Shown piece by piece: positions 1 through 11,023 of a DNA stretch of 45,589 bases. The position numbers and the translations under genes are program-made. Within the stretch, counting starts at the first letter, position 1. Each line of letters starts with the position of its first letter. Under the pieces are notes generated by a model. The model did no database searches. It saw only the letters and a program-made list of their open reading frames with translations, and had not been told where the DNA came from. Source of the DNA: Candidatus Saccharimonadales bacterium (GTDB taxonomy: Bacteria > Patescibacteriota > Saccharimonadia > Saccharimonadales > OMJO01). The stretch spans positions 1-45,589 of the forward strand of contig DATIID010000005.1 in assembly GCA_035480035.1 (NCBI GenBank), given 5' to 3'.

Positions 1-358
<358 letters not shown>

Positions 359-569
359 AATCTGTCACTCACCGAAGCGGGTGTCAGAAAAAGAATCTGT
401 CTCTGATCAGTCGAACATGACCATAAATGGTCAAATTACTGACTTAATTTCAAAACAATTCTCGTACTACCTTACAGTAATACTGAATCGACGTTGATTT
501 GCACTATTCAATTTTTAACGTTCACTCGCCTGGCCAAACAAATCAATGCCTCCAAAACGAGCTCATGCT

Positions 570-598
570 ATGATACAGTGCCGCAACAGATTATGCAA
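570..598 (-). promoter_or_regulatory. candidate rRNA operon promoter
   Basis: Minus strand reads TTGCAT (593-598), 17 nt, TATCAT (570-575), about 210 nt upstream of the 16S 5' end. Confidence 0.45.
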
Positions 599-640
599 GG
601 CCTTTTCTGGCAATTAAGGTTGTGCTTATCGCAACACATC

Positions 641-1333
641 CTACTGTTTTGATAAATTGATAAACGTATCTCTCCATTTGTCGAACGTGACCTGGCTAAA
701 ACCACGATCCCCATCGTAAATTTGGGAAAATGGGAAAATCTCACTATCGGTTAATATTTTATAAGTTGCGCCATTTCTAATTTCATCAAAACTTGCAGAT
801 TCTTTGCTTCTTTGTTCCCAATCAAGTTCTTTCTCTAATGAGTCATATTTATCCATTGATTTATCGTCAGGTCTAAATAAACCAGTCCCGCGCAGGTCTC
901 CATTGCTATCTAACACATAGCCAACCACATGATAATAAACTTCTCTTTCATCGTAAACACCACGCCCACTACTTTCTCCATAACTCAATGTTACCGATGA
1001 TATTGATTTTTCTGCATATAAAGGCCACTCTGAAGGTCTAATTTTTTTGCCTCTCCGACCTATCGTTACACCTATTTCATTCTCAGTCAGCCAATTAGCC
1101 ATAGTTTTAGCATCGTTTCTAATTGTTTCGACAATCCTTTTCTGTACAGGCCTTTTTAGTTCATTCTCTCGATATATTCTTTCTAATCGAGTTAACCTTT
1201 CTCGTTTTTTATATTCAATAACCTGGGTCATCATATCAATACCAAATCTATGTTGTGCTACAGTCTCGGGTTTGGGAGCATTGATTACTTCCTCTATTAC
1301 AGCTTCAATTGGTTTAATGTCATCAAACTCCAT
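641..1333 (-). CDS. hypothetical protein, 230 aa (orphan array gene 1)
   Basis: Long ORF with an ATG start and its own promoter 9 nt upstream. No recognisable motif. Confidence 0.6.
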   Translation of the reverse strand: MEFDDIKPIEAVIEEVINAPKPETVAQHRFGIDMMTQVIEYKKRERLTRLERIYRENELKRPVQKRIVETIRNDAKTMANWLTENEIGVTIGRRGKKIRPSEWPLYAEKSISSVTLSYGESSGRGVYDEREVYYHVVGYVLDSNGDLRGTGLFRPDDKSMDKYDSLEKELDWEQRSKESASFDEIRNGATYKILTDSEIFPFSQIYDGDRGFSQVTFDKWRDTFINLSKQ

Positions 1334-1342
1334 AATTTGGTT

Positions 1343-1384
1343 ATTATACTAACTTACTTGATTTTTGCAAGCTTGAGCAGGATT
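1343..1384 (-). promoter_or_regulatory. promoter module with conserved upstream block (copy A)
   Basis: Minus strand reads AATCCTGCTCAAGC-TTGCAA (-35, 1365-1370), 16 nt, TATAAT (1343-1348), then 9 nt to the ATG. The block starts on the last base of the upstream stop codon. Confidence 0.6.
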
Positions 1385-1875
1385 CAGTCTTCAAACCTGT
1401 ATGTGTAATTATTGCCAACGGGGCTGGTGCAACGTATCACCTCATGGCCAAAGAAGCGCCATCTTTTAGCTGCTTCTGGACCACCTTCGCACGTACTCAA
1501 AGCCGCATCGGCGCGTTGCTGTTGCGTGTCAATTATTTGGCTCAATAACCGTTCACCTTCAGCGCTATCTCGTTCAGCTTTTTCGTTAGCACGTTGTAAT
1601 TTGTTAAAGCTTTTTTCTTCACGCGCTTTGGTCTTTTCCCAAGCCTTTTTTTCATCTTTACTGCCAAATTCATTAACCCACTCTTCATACTCTATCTTCA
1701 ATGGCAACTCATTTATTAGATCGCGAGTAGTATTATTTTCAATAATAGTAAAACTAAGGTCACTATGAGACTGTCTAGCTTCATCTAATTCGGTGCAGTA
1801 TCTTTCAGCAGTGGCTAAGCATTCAACCACAAATGGGCACTCCTTCAAACATTCGGGATTGACCATATCACTCAT
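1384..1875 (-). CDS. hypothetical protein, 163 aa, Cys-rich N-terminus (orphan array gene 2)
   Basis: ORF with ATG start. The N-terminus has a C-x3-C-x6-C-x8-C pattern and the middle is Lys/Glu-rich. No family recognised. Confidence 0.55.
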   Translation of the reverse strand: MSDMVNPECLKECPFVVECLATAERYCTELDEARQSHSDLSFTIIENNTTRDLINELPLKIEYEEWVNEFGSKDEKKAWEKTKAREEKSFNKLQRANEKAERDSAEGERLLSQIIDTQQQRADAALSTCEGGPEAAKRWRFFGHEVIRCTSPVGNNYTYRFED

Positions 1876-1883
1876 ATTTACAG

Positions 1884-1921
1884 ATTATCAAAGCTTGCCA
1901 AGTTAGCAAGCATGAGCAGAA
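1884..1921 (-). promoter_or_regulatory. promoter module, variant copy B
   Basis: Minus strand reads TAG(stop)-TTCTGCTCATGCTTGCTA ... TGATAATCT, then 6-8 nt to the ATG of the 163-aa ORF. Confidence 0.5.
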
Positions 1922-2332
1922 CTATTCGTGTTTTCCGATAGGTTTAGTTACAAAGTAGAAATCTGGAGTAAAACTAGAACCAATTAGAATCATGTCGATC
2001 ACTTGTCCTGCAATACTGCCAACATGTTTACCATAACGAAGCCATTCATCCCCAGGATCAAACGCAAAACGCTTATCTGTCCGTTCAAAAATAGCCGGAA
2101 CTGAGTCCTCTATCAGACCTAAAGGATTGGGACGGACTGGATTTTCAGCAGCAGCTTGGGCATCTCCTAACCCAGTATATAAAACATACTTAATCGGCAT
2201 AAATTGAGTCAAATCAAGCTTTAGTTCACTTCTTTCATTGCGTCCTGGGAAAGTACCCCCAGTGACAATTACGCTTTCACCGGGTTCCATTACTTCAAAT
2301 GTCTCTACAAACAAATCTCTTTCAGGTGGCAT
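1922..2332 (-). CDS. hypothetical protein, 136 aa (orphan array gene 3)
   Basis: ORF with ATG start and a GGAG Shine-Dalgarno about 8 nt upstream. No family recognised. Confidence 0.55.
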   Translation of the reverse strand: MPPERDLFVETFEVMEPGESVIVTGGTFPGRNERSELKLDLTQFMPIKYVLYTGLGDAQAAAENPVRPNPLGLIEDSVPAIFERTDKRFAFDPGDEWLRYGKHVGSIAGQVIDMILIGSSFTPDFYFVTKPIGKHE

Positions 2333-2353
2333 ACATGACTCCGTCGAACAGTT

Positions 2354-2395
2354 ATTATCCTTTTAAATTGAATTTATGCAAGCTTGAGCAGGATT
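2354..2395 (-). promoter_or_regulatory. promoter module with conserved upstream block (copy C)
   Basis: Minus strand reads AATCCTGCTCAAGC-TTGCAT (2376-2381), 16 nt, GATAAT (2354-2359). The 19-nt block is identical to copy A and overlaps the stop codon of the upstream ORF. Confidence 0.6.
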
Positions 2396-3002
2396 ACTGG
2401 GGCTTATAGCCGTAAACATCTTCGATCTCAGCATGTCTAAAACCTATAAGCTCGGGGATCACTGCCGCTTGTATAAGTTGATCGGCAAATTGTTTCAAAT
2501 TATGCCGCTGACTTTGACCCTTAAATTTAGCGATATGAACCTGGGTAATATAATCGTTTTCTTCCCAAGTGGTTTGAGGTGTACCAGGTATATCATAGTA
2601 TCGATTAATCAGGCTTTGAGTGGCTAGTCGCTCAGCCTTAACCGCAGGATTACGAGTAGCAATCGTTAATGAAGTTTCGGTCTCACCGCGGTGACATAAC
2701 TCATGGAGTGACCAAGGCCAAGTTGGAGCTCCTATATCCTTATCAACGCTTGCAGGTAAACAATCGTCTAAATAATCAGCCAGGTTTTCAGCATCATCAT
2801 CTATTAGTCTTAGGCCATAGCGACTATGGAAGGAACGGACTTCGCCTGGTCCGACAATAGTGGCTCGAGGTTTGTGTCTAAGTTCAACATGTTCAATGCC
2901 AGTTTGCCCAATTATCTTCTGGGCCGCACTTAACCAACGATCACCGAGTGTCTCAACTTCTCTAAATACTCTTACGCTGGGTATTGATTCTGGGTTAGGC
3001 AC
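2394..3002 (-). CDS. hypothetical protein, 202 aa (orphan array gene 4)
   Basis: ORF with a GTG start only 7 nt after a -10 box. No family recognised. Confidence 0.5.
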   Translation of the reverse strand: MPNPESIPSVRVFREVETLGDRWLSAAQKIIGQTGIEHVELRHKPRATIVGPGEVRSFHSRYGLRLIDDDAENLADYLDDCLPASVDKDIGAPTWPWSLHELCHRGETETSLTIATRNPAVKAERLATQSLINRYYDIPGTPQTTWEENDYITQVHIAKFKGQSQRHNLKQFADQLIQAAVIPELIGFRHAEIEDVYGYKPQ

Positions 3003-3009
3003 CCAGAAA

Positions 3010-3047
3010 AATATAAACTAGTTTCAGATTTTTGCAAGCATAAGAGG
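3010..3047 (-). promoter_or_regulatory. promoter module, variant copy D
   Basis: Minus strand reads CCTCTTATGC-TTGCAA (3032-3037), 16 nt, TATATT (3010-3015), then 7 nt to the GTG start. Confidence 0.5.
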
Positions 3048-3059
3048 TTTTAGTTTGGT

Positions 3060-3521
3060 TTATTGTGACGGTAATTCTTCAATGGTTACGTTTGAGTCAT
3101 ATTCTTGGGCCTCTAATAACCCATCGATTTCTTTAAGTGTTTGGCTGACTTCATACCAGTTAGGCATTGGACTAAAGTGGTTATGGCCTGAGATTATTTC
3201 CCTAAAAGGTAACTTCATACGGCTGTTAAATACCCAGTTAGCCTCTTCCACATCACCTAAAGACCACTCGCTTTTACTTGCTACATAATAGGACCTAGTT
3301 GGGTCGTGTTCAAAAGTGTAAGTATGTTTGTGCCGTTTAGACGTATCAGCGATGCTAGTAGGCTGTTCATGAGTAATCACTACGCCAGTTGTAAAGTGAA
3401 TGGCCAGTTCGCCCAGCTCATCAATAATCTTGTCTCTAAAGAATACTAGCTCTTGATCATTGGCAACTTGCTCCATTTCAGAGAGTAAAATTCGTTGGTA
3501 AGGTGTTAATCGTTCAGACAT
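3060..3521 (-). CDS. hypothetical protein, 153 aa (orphan array gene 5)
   Basis: ORF begins 7 nt after the stop of the 70-aa ORF, so the two are probably co-transcribed. Confidence 0.55.
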   Translation of the reverse strand: MSERLTPYQRILLSEMEQVANDQELVFFRDKIIDELGELAIHFTTGVVITHEQPTSIADTSKRHKHTYTFEHDPTRSYYVASKSEWSLGDVEEANWVFNSRMKLPFREIISGHNHFSPMPNWYEVSQTLKEIDGLLEAQEYDSNVTIEELPSQ

Positions 3522-3528
3522 AAGACTT

Positions 3529-3741
3529 TTACTCTAAAACTAAATCAATTTGGTTAAGAATAACTTCCGCAGCCAGGTGAGCTCTGGAAATTTCGTCAGC
3601 TGATTTTGAGTTACCAAAAGTCAGATCTTTATCTGTTGAAGATAAGCCATCAACATTATGAATGTGGTTTGTAGCTGAATTAAAAGTCAATTCCGGCAAA
3701 CCAAACTCAGGAAAATCACCACTGGGTACTAAAGTTCTCAT
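3529..3741 (-). CDS. hypothetical protein, 70 aa (orphan array gene 6)
   Basis: Short ORF whose ATG lies 7 nt after a TAAAAT -10 box (leaderless geometry). Confidence 0.45.
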   Translation of the reverse strand: MRTLVPSGDFPEFGLPELTFNSATNHIHNVDGLSSTDKDLTFGNSKSADEISRAHLAAEVILNQIDLVLE

Positions 3742-3748
3742 TTACCAT

Positions 3749-3790
3749 ATTTTAACATGCTTACACTGTTTAAGCAATAGTAGGATGGCG
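3749..3790 (-). promoter_or_regulatory. promoter, degenerate copy E of the module
   Basis: Minus strand reads TAA(stop)-CGCCATCCTACTA-TTGCTT (3772-3777), 17 nt, TAAAAT (3749-3754). Confidence 0.45.
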
Positions 3791-4345
3791 TTAGATGGCG
3801 ACGCCGACGTCTTCGAGTTTTTGAGTTAGCTTGTGGTCGAGGTGCCAGCCATCCATCTCATAAGCTAACATCGATAATACCTGATGGCCGAGATTTCGCT
3901 CGACACTTGATAGTTCTTCTTCGGGATGTTTGACGATTCGATGATAGCCAATTTCTGGCTGCTTGATCTCTGAGAAGGCGGGGTGTGGAGTTTTGATATC
4001 TGGGGTCTGAAAAGCTATAGTTGCTCGGTCAAGACGCAAAAATTTAAGATCTGATTCACCTTCTTTAATCTTAAAGCGAGCCTCAGATTTGGGTGGCATG
4101 ATATATTGACCACGAGATTTCGACATTGGCATTAATCCATCGCCATGATACGAGGCGGCTGTTCGGACAATGGCATTTCCTAAAGTACTTTTTAGTTCGC
4201 CGATTGTTTGAGAATGATGAACTTCCAAAAGTGTTGGCAGCCATAAATGAGGCAAAAAAGAACCTGAACGGTTTTCGAATATATAGCGGTCTTTACCGTT
4301 AACTTTGGCTAATTCTAATTTAGGCATTTCTAATGATACTGACAT
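3791..4345 (-). CDS. hypothetical protein, 184 aa (orphan array gene 7)
   Basis: ORF with ATG start. A TTGCCC-17-TTAAAT promoter candidate lies in 4395-4425. No family recognised. Confidence 0.55.
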   Translation of the reverse strand: MSVSLEMPKLELAKVNGKDRYIFENRSGSFLPHLWLPTLLEVHHSQTIGELKSTLGNAIVRTAASYHGDGLMPMSKSRGQYIMPPKSEARFKIKEGESDLKFLRLDRATIAFQTPDIKTPHPAFSEIKQPEIGYHRIVKHPEEELSSVERNLGHQVLSMLAYEMDGWHLDHKLTQKLEDVGVAI

Positions 4346-4367
4346 ATTTACCTGCTTAGATAATTGT

Positions 4368-4382
4368 TTGTCGAATCGACAA
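4368..4382. promoter_or_regulatory. perfect 15-nt palindrome TTGTCGA-A-TCGACAA
   Basis: Lies between the candidate promoter and the start codon of the 184-aa ORF, downstream of the gyrA stop. No U-run follows, so it is either an operator or a 5'-UTR hairpin. Confidence 0.35.
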
Positions 4383-4434
4383 GACTTGGTATTTAATCAC
4401 GTATACAGATTGAGGGCAACCTTAGTTGGTTCAA

Positions 4435-7062
4435 TTATTTCTTAGATTTTGGTTTGGTTTCGGGTTTAGCTTTAGTTTCTTCAGGTTTTTCGGTGGTTTC
4501 CTCTTCATCTTCATCAATTGTCTTCTCAACTAAAGCTAACGAAGCAACGGTGTCGCCATCATTTAGACGCATTATTCTAACACCTTGAGTAGCGCGGCCA
4601 AGTGATGGAATATCCTTCAGTCCAAGACGGATTGTTTGCCCATGCGTCGAAATAATGATCAGTTCTTGAGTATCATCTTTAAGTGTTTTAACACCCATAA
4701 GGTTACCGGTTTTACTGTTAACCACTGCTGAACGGATACCAACTCCACCACGAGCATGCGCTGTAAACTGAGAAATCTTGGTTCGTTTTCCATAACCGTG
4801 TTGGCTAATCACAAAAATACTAGAACCTTCTTCGACAATGTCCATGCCAATAACTTGGTCGCCGGTGCGCAGCCGAATGCCACGAACACCACGCGAAACA
4901 CGGCCCATTGGACGAGCATCTTTTTCATGAAATCGGATGGCTTGGCCTTGCGACGTCGAAATGACAATTTCATTGTTACTGTCGGTTTGACGAATCCATT
5001 TTAGTTCGTCACCATCGTCCAAATTGATAGCAATTAAGCCAGTTTGACGAACGTTTTGATACTGCTCAAATGGCGTCTTCTTCACAACACCTCGGATGGT
5101 ACACATTAGCAAATTACCGTCTTTAGACGTCTTAGAGACATTTATGACTGAGCTGACTACTTCTTCGGGTTGCAGTTGTAGTAAATTAACCAACGCAACA
5201 CCTTTAGCGTTCAAACCCACCGCTGGGACCTCATAGGTTTTTAGACGGAAAACTCGGCCTTTGTTGGTGAAGAACAGTAAAAAGTCGTGAGTGCTGGCAT
5301 AAATCACGTGATCAATCACGTCTTCTTCTCTGGTAGACATGCCTCTTTTGCCCTTTCCACCCCTGTTTTGGCGTCGATATTCGGCAATCTGAGACCGTTT
5401 GATGTAGTTTGCTGACGTAAGTGTTACAACAACCTGCTCGTCAGGAATCATGTCTTCATCACTCATTTTGCCAAGTTCACCGACCACAACTTTTGTTCTA
5501 CGATCATCACCAAACTGCTTTTTAATGTCCAGTAGTTCATCTTTGACGATTTTAAGAATGCGTTTTTCGTCAGCCAGAATAGTTTCAAGCTCAGCAATTA
5601 TTTTGATTAGCTCAGCCAGCTCGTCTTCAATTTTCTTACGCTCTAGCCCAGCAAGTGTGCGCAGCTGCATCGCCAAAATGGCTTTGGCTTGAATTTCGGT
5701 CAGTTTGAACTTCTTGATTAGGTTTTCTTGGGCTTCATCAGTGGTTTGGCTAGCCCTAATGGTTTTAATTACTTCGTCGATGTGATCAAGCGCCGTCTTA
5801 AGCCCTTCTAAAATATGAGCGCGCTCTTTGGCTTTGCGCAGTTCAAACTCAGTCCGGCGACGAACAACAACCTGACGGTGCTTAATATATTCGCCCAAGA
5901 TGTCTTGAAGCCCCAGAACACGCGGTTGAATACCTTCAATCAGGGCCAGCATATTGTAGTGAACTGTCAGCTGCAGCGGTGTTAATTTGTAAAGTTGGTT
6001 GAGCAACTTTTTTGGGTAAGCGTCTCTTTTAAGATCAATCACCAAACGGACATTGCCGCGGGCCGATTCGTCACGCAAATCACTAATACCACTGATTTTT
6101 TTGTCTTTGTAGAGATCGGCGATCTTTTCGAGTAGACCGGCTTTATTAACACTATATGGGATTTCGCTAATAATAATCTGTTGTTTGCCTTTGGCAGTTT
6201 CTTCAACTGAGGCAACGCCGCGAACTACTACGCCACCACGACCAGTCGCAAAGGCAGTTCTAATGGAATCACGGCCATAGACTACTCCACCGGTTGGGAA
6301 ATCAGGACCCTTGACGTGTTCCAGTAAATCGTCCAGCGTGGCGTCCGGTTTATCAATCAGAGTTACGGTAGCGTCAACAATTTCCGACAAGTTGTGTGGT
6401 GGAATATTAGTGGCCATACCGACGGCAATACCGACTTGTCCGTTAATTAACAGATTGGGTAGTTTGGCCGGCAAAACTTCTGGCTCTTGCTCACTCCCGT
6501 CGTAGTTATCGCGAAACGGCACGGTTTCTTTATCAATATCTTCAAGTAGCGCGCCGCCAGCTTTAGCCATACGAGCCTCGGTGTAACGTTGAGCAGCTGG
6601 CGGATCGCCATCCATCGAACCAAAGTTACCTTGCCCGTCGACTAACAAGTAACGGGTTGACCAGTCCTGGGCTAGTCGAACCATAGCATCATAAATCGCT
6701 ACGTCGCCGTGCGGATGGTATTTACCCATGACATCGCCGGTTATCCTTGCGCTTTTAACGAACTTAGAGCCCGATTTCCAGCCGTTTTTATCCATGGAGT
6801 ATAAAATACGTCGGTGTACTGGCTTGAGGCCGTCACGGACGTCTGGCAAGGCTCTAGCCACAATCACGCTCATCGAGTAGCGCAAGTAGCTATCTTCCAT
6901 GACGTTCTCAACACTGCGTAGCTCCAGAGTTTTACTGTGGTCACTTTTAATTATCTGAGTGTCATCAATCAGACTGGTTGGACTAGCAATAATCTCACCC
7001 TCGGCCGGATCAATTGGATCAACAACCGGCTGGTCTTTAACTTCGTCAATGTCGTCAGCCAT
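4435..7062 (-). CDS. gyrA: DNA gyrase subunit A
   Basis: 875 aa with GKYHPHGD and [10 protein letters not shown] (active-site Tyr region) motifs and C-terminal repeated beta-pinwheel-like segments. An acidic/Lys-rich tail and a ~35-aa N-terminal extension are present. The start lies 1 nt after the gyrB stop. Confidence 0.97.
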   Translation of the reverse strand: MADDIDEVKDQPVVDPIDPAEGEIIASPTSLIDDTQIIKSDHSKTLELRSVENVMEDSYLRYSMSVIVARALPDVRDGLKPVHRRILYSMDKNGWKSGSKFVKSARITGDVMGKYHPHGDVAIYDAMVRLAQDWSTRYLLVDGQGNFGSMDGDPPAAQRYTEARMAKAGGALLEDIDKETVPFRDNYDGSEQEPEVLPAKLPNLLINGQVGIAVGMATNIPPHNLSEIVDATVTLIDKPDATLDDLLEHVKGPDFPTGGVVYGRDSIRTAFATGRGGVVVRGVASVEETAKGKQQIIISEIPYSVNKAGLLEKIADLYKDKKISGISDLRDESARGNVRLVIDLKRDAYPKKLLNQLYKLTPLQLTVHYNMLALIEGIQPRVLGLQDILGEYIKHRQVVVRRRTEFELRKAKERAHILEGLKTALDHIDEVIKTIRASQTTDEAQENLIKKFKLTEIQAKAILAMQLRTLAGLERKKIEDELAELIKIIAELETILADEKRILKIVKDELLDIKKQFGDDRRTKVVVGELGKMSDEDMIPDEQVVVTLTSANYIKRSQIAEYRRQNRGGKGKRGMSTREEDVIDHVIYASTHDFLLFFTNKGRVFRLKTYEVPAVGLNAKGVALVNLLQLQPEEVVSSVINVSKTSKDGNLLMCTIRGVVKKTPFEQYQNVRQTGLIAINLDDGDELKWIRQTDSNNEIVISTSQGQAIRFHEKDARPMGRVSRGVRGIRLRTGDQVIGMDIVEEGSSIFVISQHGYGKRTKISQFTAHARGGVGIRSAVVNSKTGNLMGVKTLKDDTQELIIISTHGQTIRLGLKDIPSLGRATQGVRIMRLNDGDTVASLALVEKTIDEDEEETTEKPEETKAKPETKPKSKK

Positions 7063-7063
7063 T

Positions 7064-9031
<1,968 letters not shown>

Positions 9032-9162
9032 CTAAAACCTTACACCTCGTTATTTTGCGCGTTAGTTATATTATAGCTGGTTTTACGGATTGAAACAACC
9101 TGTAAAGCTTGAATGAACACATGGTTTTATGGTTGAATAAGCAATAGCGTTTAGTAAACAAA

Positions 9163-10464
9163 ATGTTCAAAAAATTACTCAGCCATCTACCCTTCAACCC
9201 AAGCCTGATTAACCAGTTGTCATTCTATGCCAAGCGGGTTCACCGTGAGGCCTTTGTGCGCAGTGTCGGCTTTGCGTTGATGATTTTAGCTATGCTGGTC
9301 CAATTATTTGCCGTGATTTCACCACCCCAGCCCAGTCTGGCCTATTCGTCAAATGATTTGATTGGCGGCGGCTTTGCTAACCAGGAGCAAGCTGTTGAAC
9401 ACTGTAATAATGACGATTTTGATTTCCATGATGTCCTTGGCCATTTTCGGATTAGCTGTGGCGATTTAGCCCGAGCTTCCACCAAAGAAATTAAAGCCGA
9501 CGATTATGGCGGCAAACTTTATACCTATGGCCGCAAAGCTGTCGGCGATGAAGATCCACGCACTCACAAACACACCGACGAAGGTTCAATCGAGGTTAAG
9601 GGTGAAAATTATTATGGCCGCAAACTAACCAGTTGGGACCGCGACGACCACAAGAAATACAAGGCTCTGGTCGGTAAAACCGACGACGGCAAAGATTTCG
9701 TAGTGCTCTACAACTGCGGTGGCGTTAGCGTCCCTGAAAAACCCAAACCAACGCCACCGCCAGAGCCACCCAAGCCCCATAAACCACCAACCACCAAAGA
9801 CCAAGATAAGTGTCCGTACTTGCCTGGTCTGCAAACCAAATCCGAAGATTGTAAGCCCTGTCCCCAGGCTCAGAATGATAATGATGACCTGGCTTGCTTG
9901 AGCTTTTCTAAAACGGCCGCCAACCTAACCAGCCGCATCGATAATGCCAGCGGCCTGACAGCTAAAGGCGGTGACGAAATAAAGTACACCTTACGTGTCC
10001 ACAATAGCGGTAAGGTCAAAGTTACCAAGTATCTAATCGAGGAAAATTTGGGTGACGTTTTGGAATACGCAACGCTCAATAATACCGGTAGTGGTAGTCT
10101 GAACCAAAACAATTTGAGCTGGTCGAAAACCGATATCCAAGCCAGTCAAACCGTCAGCAAAACTTTCACGGTTAAGATTAAAAACCCAGTGCCGAGCACA
10201 CCAGTCTCTAAATCTGACCCAAGTGCCTACGACCTAATTATGACTAACGTCTATGGCAATACCATCAACATCAAATTGCCGGCTAGCGCCGCCAAGGTCA
10301 CTGAAGCAACAATGACTAGCTTGCCCGACACTGGTCCGGGCCCAGGCATATTTATCGTGTTTATTATTACCTCAATCATTGGCTATTTCTACTATCGAAG
10401 TCGTTTGATGGCCAAAGAACTGGACATAGTGAGAGAAGAATTTAACAGTAGCGGGGGCTATTAA
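9163..10464 (+). CDS. LPXTG-anchored surface protein with Pro-rich linker
   Basis: N-terminal signal/anchor helix, a PKPTPPPEPPKPHKPP linker and a beta-rich repeat-like domain. The C-terminus has LPDTG, a hydrophobic helix and YRSR (sortase sorting signal). Confidence 0.75.
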   Translation: MFKKLLSHLPFNPSLINQLSFYAKRVHREAFVRSVGFALMILAMLVQLFAVISPPQPSLAYSSNDLIGGGFANQEQAVEHCNNDDFDFHDVLGHFRISCGDLARASTKEIKADDYGGKLYTYGRKAVGDEDPRTHKHTDEGSIEVKGENYYGRKLTSWDRDDHKKYKALVGKTDDGKDFVVLYNCGGVSVPEKPKPTPPPEPPKPHKPPTTKDQDKCPYLPGLQTKSEDCKPCPQAQNDNDDLACLSFSKTAANLTSRIDNASGLTAKGGDEIKYTLRVHNSGKVKVTKYLIEENLGDVLEYATLNNTGSGSLNQNNLSWSKTDIQASQTVSKTFTVKIKNPVPSTPVSKSDPSAYDLIMTNVYGNTINIKLPASAAKVTEATMTSLPDTGPGPGIFIVFIITSIIGYFYYRSRLMAKELDIVREEFNSSGGY

Positions 10465-10465
10465 C

Positions 10466-11020
10466 ATGAGTGAATATATGCCGGAGCGCCTGGAGCGCGA
10501 ACCAAAACCAGCCGAAGCTGAGCACCACGAACACCAGCGAGCACACCATGAGCACAGTGGTAAAGTCGAGAGCCGACCGAACCTCGATAAATTACGACAC
10601 CAAATTGCCCACGAAGCTCGAGGTTCTAAAGAAGTCAGCGTCGGCGAAAAAGAATCACCTGCTGACAACCAACCAATTACAGTTAATCGTGACTTGATAA
10701 ATAGTTCCTACCACCGTAGCCTGAAGTCAGTTCAAGCTAAATTAACTGGTATTGACCGCTTGGCCAGCAAGGTTATCCATAAACCGACTGTCGAGCAAAT
10801 TAGCAATGTCGGCGCCCAAACGGTGGCTAGACCATCAGGCATAATTGGTGGCGCCAGTGGTGCTCTAATTGGTTCACTAGCCCTGCTAATGATGGCCAAA
10901 CATTACGGCCTAACCTACAACTACTTGATGATTTTTCTCTTTTATACTGGCGGTTTTGTAATCGGTTTACTAATTGAGATTATTTATCGGCTATTTCGAC
11001 CTCGCCGACAAAATATTTAG
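10466..11020 (+). CDS. hypothetical membrane protein, 184 aa
   Basis: ATG lies 1 nt after the previous stop (coupled). His/Glu-rich N-terminus and two C-terminal hydrophobic helices. Confidence 0.6.
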   Translation: MSEYMPERLEREPKPAEAEHHEHQRAHHEHSGKVESRPNLDKLRHQIAHEARGSKEVSVGEKESPADNQPITVNRDLINSSYHRSLKSVQAKLTGIDRLASKVIHKPTVEQISNVGAQTVARPSGIIGGASGALIGSLALLMMAKHYGLTYNYLMIFLFYTGGFVIGLLIEIIYRLFRPRRQNI

Positions 11021-11023
11021 AAA

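Noticed and set aside
641-4434. Integron-like gene cassette array
   Set aside because: The inter-ORF repeats carry promoters rather than attC-type imperfect inverted repeats. No integrase or attI is nearby. Integron cassettes are normally promoterless.
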